DNA from: Felis catus
Taxonomy: Eukaryota
Direction of reading: 5' to 3'
Length of the DNA stretch: 64,000 nucleotides
Assembly: GCF_018350175.1 (NCBI RefSeq)
Contig: NC_058368.1
Coordinates: forward strand, 107,014,001 to 107,078,000
In this document: positions 53,782-64,000 of the stretch, piece after piece
Layout of the letters: the number at the start of each line of letters is the position of its first letter
Numbering within the stretch: position 1 is the stretch's first letter
The notes under the pieces: generated by a model
Seen by the model: only the letters and a program-made list of their open reading frames with translations
Database searches by the model: none
What the model was told of the DNA's origin: nothing
Translations under genes and position numbers: made by a program

Positions 53782-54180
53782 TTCCTTGTTGCACTTTTAT
53801 CCTTTATTGTGGAGGGAGTTGTTCACAGTAAGGATGGAGAACTGGAGGGAGAACTTTTCAGTTCTTTTTCTGCAGGAGTTATTCCACATGTAGCTGTAGA
53901 TTTGGTGTGTCCAGGAGAGGAGGTGAGTTCAGGCCTTTGCTATGTCACCATCTTGGACTTTCCCTTCCCACAAAACTTATTTCTAACAGTCTGTTGATAC
54001 ACAGCAGTAACTCTAAGAGCATCGGAGAAGCATAGGTTAACTCTCTATAGTACTTGGGGGTGCTGGGCTGAGTTTTTCCACATTTATGGACACCTCTATG
54101 TTGTTCATCAGCTATTTCTTTTGCCTTAAATATGTGGGAAGATGTTAGGTAGTATAGTTGAAGTAAATTTAAAAATTTTC

Positions 54181-54496
54181 ATTTTATTTTTTTTAATGTT
54201 TTATTTATTTTGTGTGAGAGAGAGAGCACAAGTGGGTGAGGGGCGGAGAGAGAGGGAGACACAGAACCTGAAACAGGCTCCAGGCTCCGAGTATTAGGGT
54301 ATATACAACTCTGCAAAGGACCAAACATTGTAGGGCCATATGGTCTACTCCAACCTATTGCAGACGCCATAAAACTCTTTACTAAAGAGCCCCTCTGACC
54401 CCTTACATCCTCCATATTTATATTCTCACACGGAGTGTGAGATCATGACCTGAACCAGAGTCAAACACTTAACTGACTGAGCCACCCAGGCACCCC
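54181..54496 (-). mobile_element. CanSINE interrupted by an ND1 NUMT
   Basis: SINE 3' half 54181-54291 and 5' half ~54426-54496 flank mtDNA. Confidence 0.88.
54291..54425 (+). pseudogene. ND1: NUMT: fragment of mitochondrial ND1 inserted in a CanSINE
   Basis: Vertebrate mitochondrial code translation [45 protein letters not shown] matches the conserved ND1 motif [37 protein letters not shown]. Confidence 0.95.
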
Positions 54497-55126
54497 TACA
54501 TTTTTAAAAGGTTAAAAGTTTAAAAAATGTTCATTAAATAGTCATTTCTAGAAATTTTAATTTCTCATTTCATAGATGCTTTCTAAAGAATATTTTGAAG
54601 ACAGATTAGGGGATTTGGGAGGTAAATTTATTTCCAGAAAGGATTTCTCCAGATGAAGAAATTATTATCCATGATTAAGTCAGAGTAAAATATAAGATTA
54701 TAGGATTAAAAGTAAAAAAGTATATGTTTTAAACCTAACAATCCCAATACAATTATAAATATATGTGAACTTTTTGTTTGCATTGAAATTGTGTGTTGAT
54801 AGATAATTTTGCATTAATCTATACTTATAATTTAGAAAGATACAGTTAAGCAAAATATAAGAATTTTTATAACGCCTTTTTCACATTTTGAGAGTTAATA
54901 TTATTTCTCAGTTTTTTGTTGGGTCTATAAATTGAAATGTGTAACTTAGTATAAGAAATAACATATAAGGTTTTCACTGTGACTAACATTTTTTTGAAAC
55001 AGTTGGAAGAATATCAATAAAAAGTGGAATATATACTGTTTAATTAACATTCAAAAATATTACAGTGCTATGGAAACTTAGAGAATAGGTTTTAGAATTT
55101 GCTTCTGTTCAAGAATGGTTAAATTA

Positions 55127-55342
55127 GGGGGCACCTGTGTGACTCAGTCGGTTAAGCTTCTGATTCTCGGTTTCCGCTTGGGTCATGATCTTGCGGTTCA
55201 TCATTCTGGCCTCACATTGGTCTGTGTGCTGGCATTGAGGAGCCTGCTTGGGATCCTCTCCCTCCCTCTCTGTGCCCCTCCCCTGCTTGTGCTCTCTCTC
55301 TCTCTCTCTCAAAATGAATAAACTCAAAAAAAATTTTTAAAA
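55127..55342 (+). mobile_element. CanSINE
   Basis: TSD aagaatggttaaattag. Confidence 0.88.
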
Positions 55343-56473
55343 AGAATGGTTAAATTAGTACACATACACAGATATTCTAAGAATTTTTTTTAAATCTTAT
55401 CAATTTTCTTTTACCAAATATAATAGTTTTGTTACAACCTTCAGCAGATGGTAACAGCTGAAAAAATAGTCATCTTTCTCTCTGAATTACTGTACAATCT
55501 TTGTCATAGTGCACATTGATGATATTTTAATCTTCATTTTGGTGCTAATGTATTGTGTCCATATTAAATCTGACTTTTTTCTGCTACCCTTCACTCATGG
55601 TAATGAAGAAAGTACTACTTGGCTCTAACAAAAGAACAATACTGATACTGCATGGGAAGCCTTAATTATGATTGGTCTAGGTATTAAAGGTTTATATTCC
55701 TTTTATTTATAAATTTATATTTATATGACCTACACCCTCTGAGTTTTGATGTCCCTTCAGATTTAGGATCCCCCTGCCCCATTATTTCTTTGATTCATTC
55801 CTCTGTTCCGTTTTGTTTTCACTTTTTTCCCCCTGATATTAATGCTCATTAGTCACATCTTTTACCTGCTTTATTTTTGCTTTATTTTTCTCTTTGTTTT
55901 TCTTTCATATTTTCCTCCTCATACTTACATCCTGGGCAGTATATTCAATTATGTGTTACAGACCTTCAGTTGATTTTTAAACTGACAATCTTGTAGCTTT
56001 CTAAATGTTATTTTATGTGTTAATGCTTTAAAAACATTAAATGTTTTAATGTTCTCTAATGTTTTAATTGCTTCTCTTTAGATCATGCAGTTATTTTTAT
56101 GGCTGTAGCACCCCTCTTGATTATGTGAATGTTATTCGTTTGTGTGTTTTTCTTTTGTGGCTTAAATTAGCACTTTGTTCTGTTCTTTCTTGCTCATGTT
56201 GTTGCTTTTCCTTGGAGATATGGTGACTTTTGGTTGTCTGCCCATATGTGAGTGAAAGCTTTGGTTTATTATTTAATTAGGCCGTGTGGATTTTTTCAAT
56301 GTTGTATAACTAGACCCATTTCGTGCTGGGCCTTTCTCTGGCATAGGGTATCTGACTGGGAACTATAGGTAGGAAGAAGATAGACTGAGTGAAATGTATT
56401 ACTTAGGGTGAGTGCAGGGCCGAGTAGTGGTCAAGTGGATGATCACAAGCCTTCATTAACAAGTTACCCTCCA

Positions 56474-56913
56474 GGGGGCATCTGGGTGGCTCAGTCGGTT
56501 CAGCATCAGGCTCTTGATTTTGGCTGGCATTGGTGTGTTGGGGTTTGTGGGTTTACACCTTGCGTAGGGAGCCTGCTTGGGGTTCTCTCTTCTTTCTACC
56601 TCTCCCCACTCTCAAAATAAATAAACTGTCCCCCAGGGGGGCTTGGGTAGCTCAGTTGGCTGAGTGTCGGGCTCTTTATTTCAGAGCTGAGAGTGAGCCT
56701 ACTTAAGATTCTCTCTTTCCCTCTCTCTCTCCCTCGCTAGTGCAAAACTCTCTCTCTCTTTCAAAAAAAAAAAAAGCAAACAAAGAAGCTTTCCTCCAGG
56801 TTACTTTATAATTTTTGTAACTTAAGTAATCCCTACACCCGATGTGGGGCTTGAACTCACAAACCTGAGATCTAGAGTCGCATGCTCCACTGACTGAATC
56901 AGCTGGGGTGCCC
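56474..56913. mobile_element. Cluster of three degenerate CanSINEs (two + strand in tandem, one short - strand)
   Basis: Heads at 56474 and 56635 on +; minus-strand short copy ~56805-56913. Confidence 0.78.
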
Positions 56914-57169
56914 ATTGGATTCCCTGAATTACCTTTATTATTCTTTTAAATTTCACTTTACTGCTGGTTCTGTATTCAGGAAATCATATTAACAAGTTAA
57001 GAGTTAATTATTTTTAACCTGCAAAGCAGAACTGAAAGTAAACAACAACAGAAGGCACTGTGTTTCCAGAGTATCTGTCACAGGTACCTTAGAGAAAAAC
57101 TGTGAACTTTATTTCTTATCCTTCCTCTAGGACTTCATTGATTTTTACTTTTCCCTGTGTTTCTTTTAA

Positions 57170-57480
57170 TGAATTAATTAACTAATTAATTACGTTTTTA
57201 GAGATTCAAAATATATAAGCAGGAGAGAGGAGCAGAGGGAGAGAGAAAGAAATAATCTTTGTGTTTAATGTTTATTTATTTATTTTGAGAGAGAGAGGGA
57301 GAAAGTGCAAGCAGGGGAGGGGCAGAGAGAATGAGAGAGAGAGAATCCTGAGCAGGCTCCGTGCTCAGAGCAGAGCCTGATGGGGGGGTGGGGGGGTTTG
57401 AATCCTCGACCATGAGATCATGACCTGAGCTGAAATCAAGAGTCAGATGCTCAAAAGCCTGAGCCGCCCAGGCTCCCCCT
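57170..57480 (-). mobile_element. CanSINE plus adjacent SINE tail fragment
   Basis: Consensus-like. Confidence 0.8.
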
Positions 57481-57751
57481 TTTCCTGTTTTTCTAATTAG
57501 GTTACTTTCTTTTTCCATTTCCCATAGAAAAAGAGAAGAATTAAAAACAAAAAAAAGAGGTATGGTTAGAAGTAGGTGGCCTGCTGGAGACCACAAATAA
57601 ATAGAATATGAAGCTGTGCAGTCTGAAGAAGTCCTATAATCTCCAAGTTAAACTGTTTTCAGTGGCTTCTTTTTAAGAAAATAGAGAAGTAATTTCTTTG
57701 ATGGAGATGATTTTTGAAGGGCCAAAGAAATGTATAAAGATTAATCCTTGA

Positions 57752-57960
57752 GGGGCGCCTGGGTGGCTTGGTCATTTAAGGGGCTACTTCAGTTCAGGTC
57801 ATGGTCTCATGGTTCTTGAGTTCGAACCCCGCGTCGGGGTCTGTGCTGACAGCTCAGAGTCTGGAGCCTGCTTTGGAATCTGTGTCTCTCTTTCTCTGCC
57901 CCTCCTCGCCCATGCTCTCTCTCTCCCTCAAAAAGAAATAAACGTTAAAAAAAAAAAAAA
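57752..57960 (+). mobile_element. CanSINE
   Basis: TSD aaaga(t/c)taatccttga. Confidence 0.9.
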
Positions 57961-60517
57961 GACTAATCCTTGAAAGTATAAAATTCAGGACTTGGCATTT
58001 CCCTGCTATCATAAATGCATGAGTTGTTATCCTAGCTTGTTAGCCACACACAGCAAATTTCTGTTTCTCATTCAGAGGTCATTTTGAATCTTGACTCTTT
58101 TAACAAAGTCTTCTCGGATAAACCCCAGTTGAATGTACTCTGTCTAGTTTATTGATATACTTAAATCTTTATTTTCCTCTTTCTTGTTAGACTTGCCATA
58201 TTTTGCTTCATATGCTGATGTGTGTGCTAATATTAATGTTAGAAGTTAATCATGTGAAAAATATTTTAATTTTTAGTAATTTTTGTATATTTCTTAGATG
58301 TTTTTGCCTAGGAGACAGTAAATAGTATTGGTCTAATGATTGGAGTAATGCCAATCTCATAATTTTTCAGTAATCATTTGTTACTTGCTTCTTGGCAAAA
58401 AATACTGTGCATATATTGAGAATATTGCTGTCTTTTTGATGATTTCCTTTCGTATTTCCTAAGTTTATATCTGGGATTATTGTTTGTATTTTGACTTAGG
58501 GTTTGCGTCTTCAAATTTTAATGTCTTCTGTTTTTTCACATTCATATTTATTGTAAGTCAGTAGTGCAGACAAACTCCTAGTTAGCATGAAAAAGAATGT
58601 GAGATGTGTCAGTTTCAATATTGTTAAGTAGGGAAAAATAACAATAAACATATATTTATGATCTGGAATAGTTGAGCTCATTGTTATTCAGTTTGAATAT
58701 GCAACTAAAGCGGCAAGATTATAAATGTAAGTGGTTTCCATAGATAGCATTTTTAGACTTGTTTGCATCAAGATTTCTACATCACCAGCTTGGGAGAGAT
58801 GCTGAGAACTATAATAAATTTGGAAATTTTCTTCAATCACAGTTTTACTTTTCGTGTACATTTTATTACAGTTTAAGGTACTGTTTTCCCTGTTATTATA
58901 ATTTATGTATTTGTTTTAGAAACTTCCTGATAACACTATAAAATTTCCCTGATAGGTTATTGGATTATTTCATTACCACAGAGTTGAGTGGTTTGGAGTG
59001 TTAAAGCATTTCTGATGATGCTGGCAACATCATTGAGAAAAACCTCAGAAAATTGCAAATCCTCAGAAATATGAATGCATTAAGTTCATTTGATGACAAC
59101 AGACGTCCATCTGATGAAGTTAAAGTGGCTTTTCTGGGACTCTGTCAGTGCAATTTTCCCATCCTACAGATAGCAATGTGCCCAAATTATTTCTGTTCCC
59201 AAAGGATTGACCACACCTTTTTAACACAGCCTATATGCTGCCTTTGTTGCCTTAATGGGCCTCTTTCTCCATTTGACTTTGTGCACAGAAGTTTGGGTAG
59301 GGCTTGATATTTAGCTGATACTCACTAAAACCGTAGAATGAATGAAGTCTGATTTCCTGACTGTTAACGCACCTTTGAAGGTTTTCAACCAAAAATAACA
59401 GGGTGAAAAATCCGTCTCCAAAATATTATTTCCTGATACTCTAAAATGGCCATTGATACTGGGATTTTGTTACTTGGTTCATATTTTTAAGTAAATATTG
59501 AAATTCAAAGATTGATTTTTTTTATGGAATGGCTGAAATAAATGTGTAAGTTCTGTTCTCTGAAAAAGAAAACTGTGGTGAGATGAGCAAGGATTTGCAC
59601 ATTTTACTTGAATACATTGGATTTAAAAAGGTAATTTAAGTCCAATTCTGGTTTCGGTTAGATTTGTTTTTGCAGCTCTCAGTGTAGTAATCTTATAATT
59701 TGGTAAATGTGAAATGAAAGTTTGCATCATCATTGTTTTAGTACATCACTTGTTTTATACACTATTATCTTTTAAGCGATGAATTTGTTTCGTTGTTTAA
59801 GAAGTAAGCTAGTTTTTACTTATCTTGAGATCTATTTAGCAGATTTTTAAGGAACATTTAAATATACCCTACTTGCAATGTGAACATGGATAGGGGAGAG
59901 TGTTAGAAAGGACTGCTCTCACAATAGTTTTACTTTTTATCTAGTGTTGAGTTATCAAAATAGAATTTATTTTCTAATATACTCTGAATACCGTGTCCAC
60001 CAGTGGGTATGTTCAAACCAGTAGAAGATTTCTGCAGCCTGTTTCCGAGTTGAAATTCTTCCCAGAGTGACTTGAATTGGAATGTCGGGTTGATTGCGGC
60101 AAGTCTGACTTGCCTTTCACCATAAATGGTACAGACGTGAGTTTTCAGAAAATGGGCAGTGGAAATTACAGCTAATGCATGGAATACACCAAAAGGGGTA
60201 ATTGCTTCCTTCCTTCCCTCTTTAAATTTAGTACTTCTTACATTGCTCAAGTTGCTTAAAAGGCTCTCTTTCCTAATTGTGACATATTGACTCAGTAAAA
60301 GCAGGGGAGGTGAGTGAAAATAAAAAAGGGTTTTGAATTGAGAGAGAGTAACAAATATGTTCCCACTGGCCTGTTACCTCTTACAATACTTCTGTGTGAA
60401 ACCATAGCAGTGTAGAGAAGATTATTGCTCAAAGATGGTCTGAACTCAAGTTGAATCCTTTCATTTGAGAGTGAAATTTTAAATCACTTACTTACCTCTT
60501 TTACAGAACAGTGGTCA

Positions 60518-60747
60518 GGGGCGCCTGGGTGGCTCAGTGGGTTAAGCGTCCGACTTCGGCTCAGGTCATGGTCTCACGCACGGTCCGTGAGTTCGAGCCC
60601 CGCGTCGGGCTCTGGGCTGATGGCTCAGAGCCTGGAGCCTGCTTCCGATTCTATGTCTCCCTCTCTCTCTGCCGCTCCCCTGTTCATGCTCTGTCTCTCT
60701 CTGTCTCAAAAATAAATAAACGTTAAAAAAAAATTTAAAAAAAAATA
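60518..60747 (+). mobile_element. Felid SINE
   Basis: TSD agaacagtggtcag. Confidence 0.92.
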
Positions 60748-61209
60748 AAGAACAGTGGTCAGTTGTGATGACCTCTTCACCTAATGTCTGAACGTACTAT
60801 ACATAATATACTCTTAGCCCTGGTTTTTTTCCCTGACACCCCAAAGGCCCTGAAGCTCTCCGGGCTTGACTCATGCCCCTGTATTTCAGATTTTAAACAA
60901 TATCTCAACCCCTTCTCGGAGCACAGTTGTTCTTTTTCTTTCAGCATAATTATCTAGTCCCTGCTTTTCCCTCTATTAGTCTTATTCTTGCTTTTCTTTC
61001 ATGTGTACATATGTGTGTTTATGTGTGTGTATATATGTGTATGTGTATGTGTATATATATATATGATTGATTATTCTAATTAGTCCTAATTAGAACTCAT
61101 GAATAATTCTAACTATATATGTATACGTATGTATGTGTGCATACATGTGTGTATAGTACACACATATGGACATACATACACACACATGTACATACATACG
61201 TAATTTCCA

Positions 61210-62260
61210 CACCACGGCCTACAATTTCAGGAACATTTTATAGTACAGCTCCCTTTAAGCCCAGACTTTTTTATATCCCAACTCCTTTAAGCCCAAGCAC
61301 AGCCTGGTGTCAACTGGTGTAACTGCCCTTTATTTCTGTGATCTACATACTTTTTAAACTTTCAACAACTACTTCAAACTTTCTACCCTCACACTTTGTA
61401 TTTCTCGTGTCATTCTCTACAGATAACCCTTTTTCTTCCACCCACAAGAAAATTAAAGGCATCATTTGGAAACTCCGCTTCCCTCAGCCAAAACTGGGAA
61501 GCTACCCATATCTGGAGCCATCCTTTCGACTTGTTACGTAGGAGGGGCCCTGCCTGTATTATACCCATCCCTTCAACTGGACTTTGTTTCCTGTATCCCC
61601 AACACTCAAAAAATTTCCGCGATAAATTTCTCTTTTCTCTTTCTCATATCAACTGTTTCATCCCAAAGGAATCATTTCAGTCGTGACTCCGATTCAACTC
61701 CTCTGTGCTCGAACGCATGACCTTCAGCATCATCCCCTGCCTCTGATCCTCTGATCTAGGTAAATAGCACCACTCTGGGAAATTGCACACAGAAACATGA
61801 GGCACTCTTCTCTCACTCTCTGAATTCAGTCTATCCCCAAGTGTTATTGCTGTTTCTCCCTAAAGGTCTGCAGTAAACCTCCTTCTTTCCATGTCCCCTC
61901 TCAACATCCTCATCTAGGCTAGCGTGACCTTTGCCAGTGAAACTATGAAAGCCTCTTAATTCATCAAGACGGTTTTCCAATATGAAGCTGTATTTATCCT
62001 TTCTGATTATAAATACCACCTCTCACTCCTCTGCTCAAAACTCTTTAGTCATTCCCCGTAACAAAGTCAAATATTTCTTTCCGTAGCCTGTGAGTTCCTG
62101 CATGGACTGACCCCCTGCCTCCATTTGCACCTTTGCCTTTCTCTCCCCACGCTCCGTCCACGCCAGCCTTGTTTTTCTGGTCAAACTCAGGACTCCTTCT
62201 TCCTCCTCTTTGATGATGACACCAAGTCCCTGGACATTGGCTTTTTTGCAAATACTAACT
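61210..62260 (+). mobile_element. Old L2 fragments
   Basis: Pyrimidine-rich; ctcactcctctgctcaaaactctttagtcattcccc. Confidence 0.45.
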
Positions 62261-63317
62261 CAGTGGCGTAATTCTGTCTTCAAGGATTGCATTCAAATGA
62301 AAACTCCAGCAGAAAGAGGAGAATTTTCTAGAGTTATCGAGATTGTCTAGAAGGATAAATTGACTCTGTGAGAGTCGGTCTAGGATGCAGCCACCTTGGG
62401 GACTCTTAGCCATTTCAGAGCATCCATTTTTAGGTGGGCTTTGTATTAAATTTTCTGCTGCTGAAATTCTGTCTACCTCATGCTGGTTCTAGGAGACTTG
62501 GGGTGGTTAACACAGCTCCGGCTTCAATGGTGAGGCCAGAATGACCAGAATTCACTATACTTACAATCAGTCCAGCAAAACTAGGGTGTGATGGAGCGAG
62601 AGAATCTCTGTGCTGACTCTAGGGCTAGATGAGTAAAGAAAATAGGACCTCATTTTATTTCTTAGGCAAGATGAGTGGATTGCAGCTGCTATAAATGCCT
62701 TACATCTCTGTAGCATTTTGGTGTTTATGAAACTTTGTTCATCTACCACTTCGGTTGATAATTCACTTATTAAGGTAGACACAACGCCCATTTTTCAAAT
62801 TTTTTTCGTATGGGTGAAGGAGCGCAAAGAAAGGTTACAACTTCATATGTCACTTAAGTTTCACAGCTAGAGCAAACAGCCGCATCTGATTTCTACGCTT
62901 GTCCTCACAGGGTTGGTATAAAATTCAACCCTATTCTGGATATAGAATATAGTGTGTACTATTAACATATTAGTGAAGTGTGATGTACTGGGAAAATAAC
63001 TAGCACATGACATTAAGGAATCAATTTTCAGCTGGTTTTCACAATGCAGCCCTCTATTCAGCAGTTAAATCGACCTATTTTTAGTTGTGTTTGGGACGAG
63101 GCCCAGAGCAGTACTGAGCAGAATCTACAACCTTCTGTTTGGTGTTACTTGCCCTTCATCATCATTTGAATGTTTCTGATGTCATCTGACTCAGAAAATA
63201 CACATTTTCATTGTTTGCTGTGGTATTGGTTCAGCTGATCCTGAGTCCTTTATAATGTAAGGAATTTTTTTGTGTGCTTGTTTTCCTTTAACAGGTTGAA
63301 AAAACCCTAAAAAAATG

Positions 63318-63321
<4 letters not shown>

Positions 63322-63366
<45 letters not shown>
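63322..63366 (+). repeat. (TG)n microsatellite
   Basis: Direct reading. Confidence 0.95.
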
Positions 63367-63368
<2 letters not shown>

Positions 63369-64000
63369 ATGCTCATGTGTGGGTGTGTATCCTGTAATTC
63401 GCTTGTGATAAAGCAATGTCTGAGTCATGGTAGTGCTTAGTTTCTCCATCCTCACTTTTCAGAATGTGTGTGCCAGTCAGTGCATAACCCCCACATCATC
63501 CTCACCTCATGGCAGCAGGGAAGTGTATGCTGTATGGGAATGAGGTAATGGTTCGTCTCCTTCTTCAGTAGCCAGGCTTTCTGGCCATGTGATCCTAGAG
63601 TGACTGACTGCAGCTCTGAGTGACTCTGAATGCACCTATTTATTTAGGAGACAGGGTGTTTCCTTGGATAAGATAGCATTCCCAATAGTACCTCCATAGT
63701 TTCTCCTGTCTCATCAGTCAGTCTTTTGCCTAGCTAGGGAAAGACAAGGCAGGAGAAGGTGATAGTGGTCTAGGAAAGAGAAGAACGTGGTTTTAAGTTT
63801 CCTTGAAGCTAGGGGCTGGCATAGCCCAAGTATGCATCCATGTGAAGCATGGATGATTCCAATAGGTCCCAACCCATCTCTGCCAATGCTATATGTTTCT
63901 TTTATGTTTGGGATTCTCAGCTAGAAACAGCACATGGTCTCCAGTCTTAGACTGAGTTATTCAGTATGTTTTTCCCCCTTGTGGATAGTAAATAGCATGT

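Larger units (their letters stand above)
47089..53967 (-). mobile_element. Degenerate older carnivore L1 retaining both ends, with internal deletions and nested insertions
   Basis: 3' tail ~47090; ORF2 remnants (49165-49362 IKAIYDKP...ETRQGYPFS); ORF1 N-terminal remnant (52480-52755 YLPDKEFKLMTVKML); 5' end aagatgg...cctgaactcacctcctc near 53955 on minus; TSD ccacaaaactt(g/a)ttt at 47074-47088 and 53968-53982. Confidence 0.85.
14794..64000 (+). other. CHSY3: CHSY3 intron 2 (partial; exon 3 lies beyond the window)
   Basis: No continuation of the CHSY protein (expected to begin MQQLF) in any downstream ORF; repeat-rich sequence. Confidence 0.85.

Noticed and set aside
54291..54425. Functional ND1 gene or mtDNA contamination
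   Set aside because: Only 45 codons, embedded in a nuclear SINE, with conserved Arg codons lost by CpG transitions
60098..60114. Palindrome ggcaagtc-t-gacttgcc as a p53 response element
   Set aside because: CWWG cores are 5 nt apart rather than the canonical 6, and both half-sites are mismatched

Overview
Mammalian nuclear DNA, almost certainly felid: the many tRNA-derived CanSINEs include young copies matching the SINEC_Fc type. The window holds the promoter CpG island (~10.3-13.1 kb) and the first two coding exons of CHSY3 (chondroitin sulfate synthase 3, + strand; exon 1 CDS 11264-12071, exon 2 14510-14793). About 49 kb of the very large intron 2 follows, and exon 3 is not in the window. 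The rest is repeats: ~30 CanSINEs, L1/L2/MIR fragments, hAT and Tigger DNA-transposon relics, ERVL/MaLR LTRs and microsatellites. I found no new multi-gene system. The most interesting structures are: (1) a 135-bp mitochondrial ND1 fragment (NUMT) replacing the middle of a CanSINE, with CpG-decay mutations; (2) an LTR-like U3-R fragment ending at its poly(A) site with an A tail and TSD, i.e. probably copied by L1; (3) a twin-primed, 5'-inverted young L1 nested in a both-ends-retained antisense L1 that carries five other insertions; (4) a candidate in-frame 96-nt cassette exon in CHSY3 intron 2. Repeat family names come from my recall of consensus sequences, not from a database search, and repeat boundaries are approximate.
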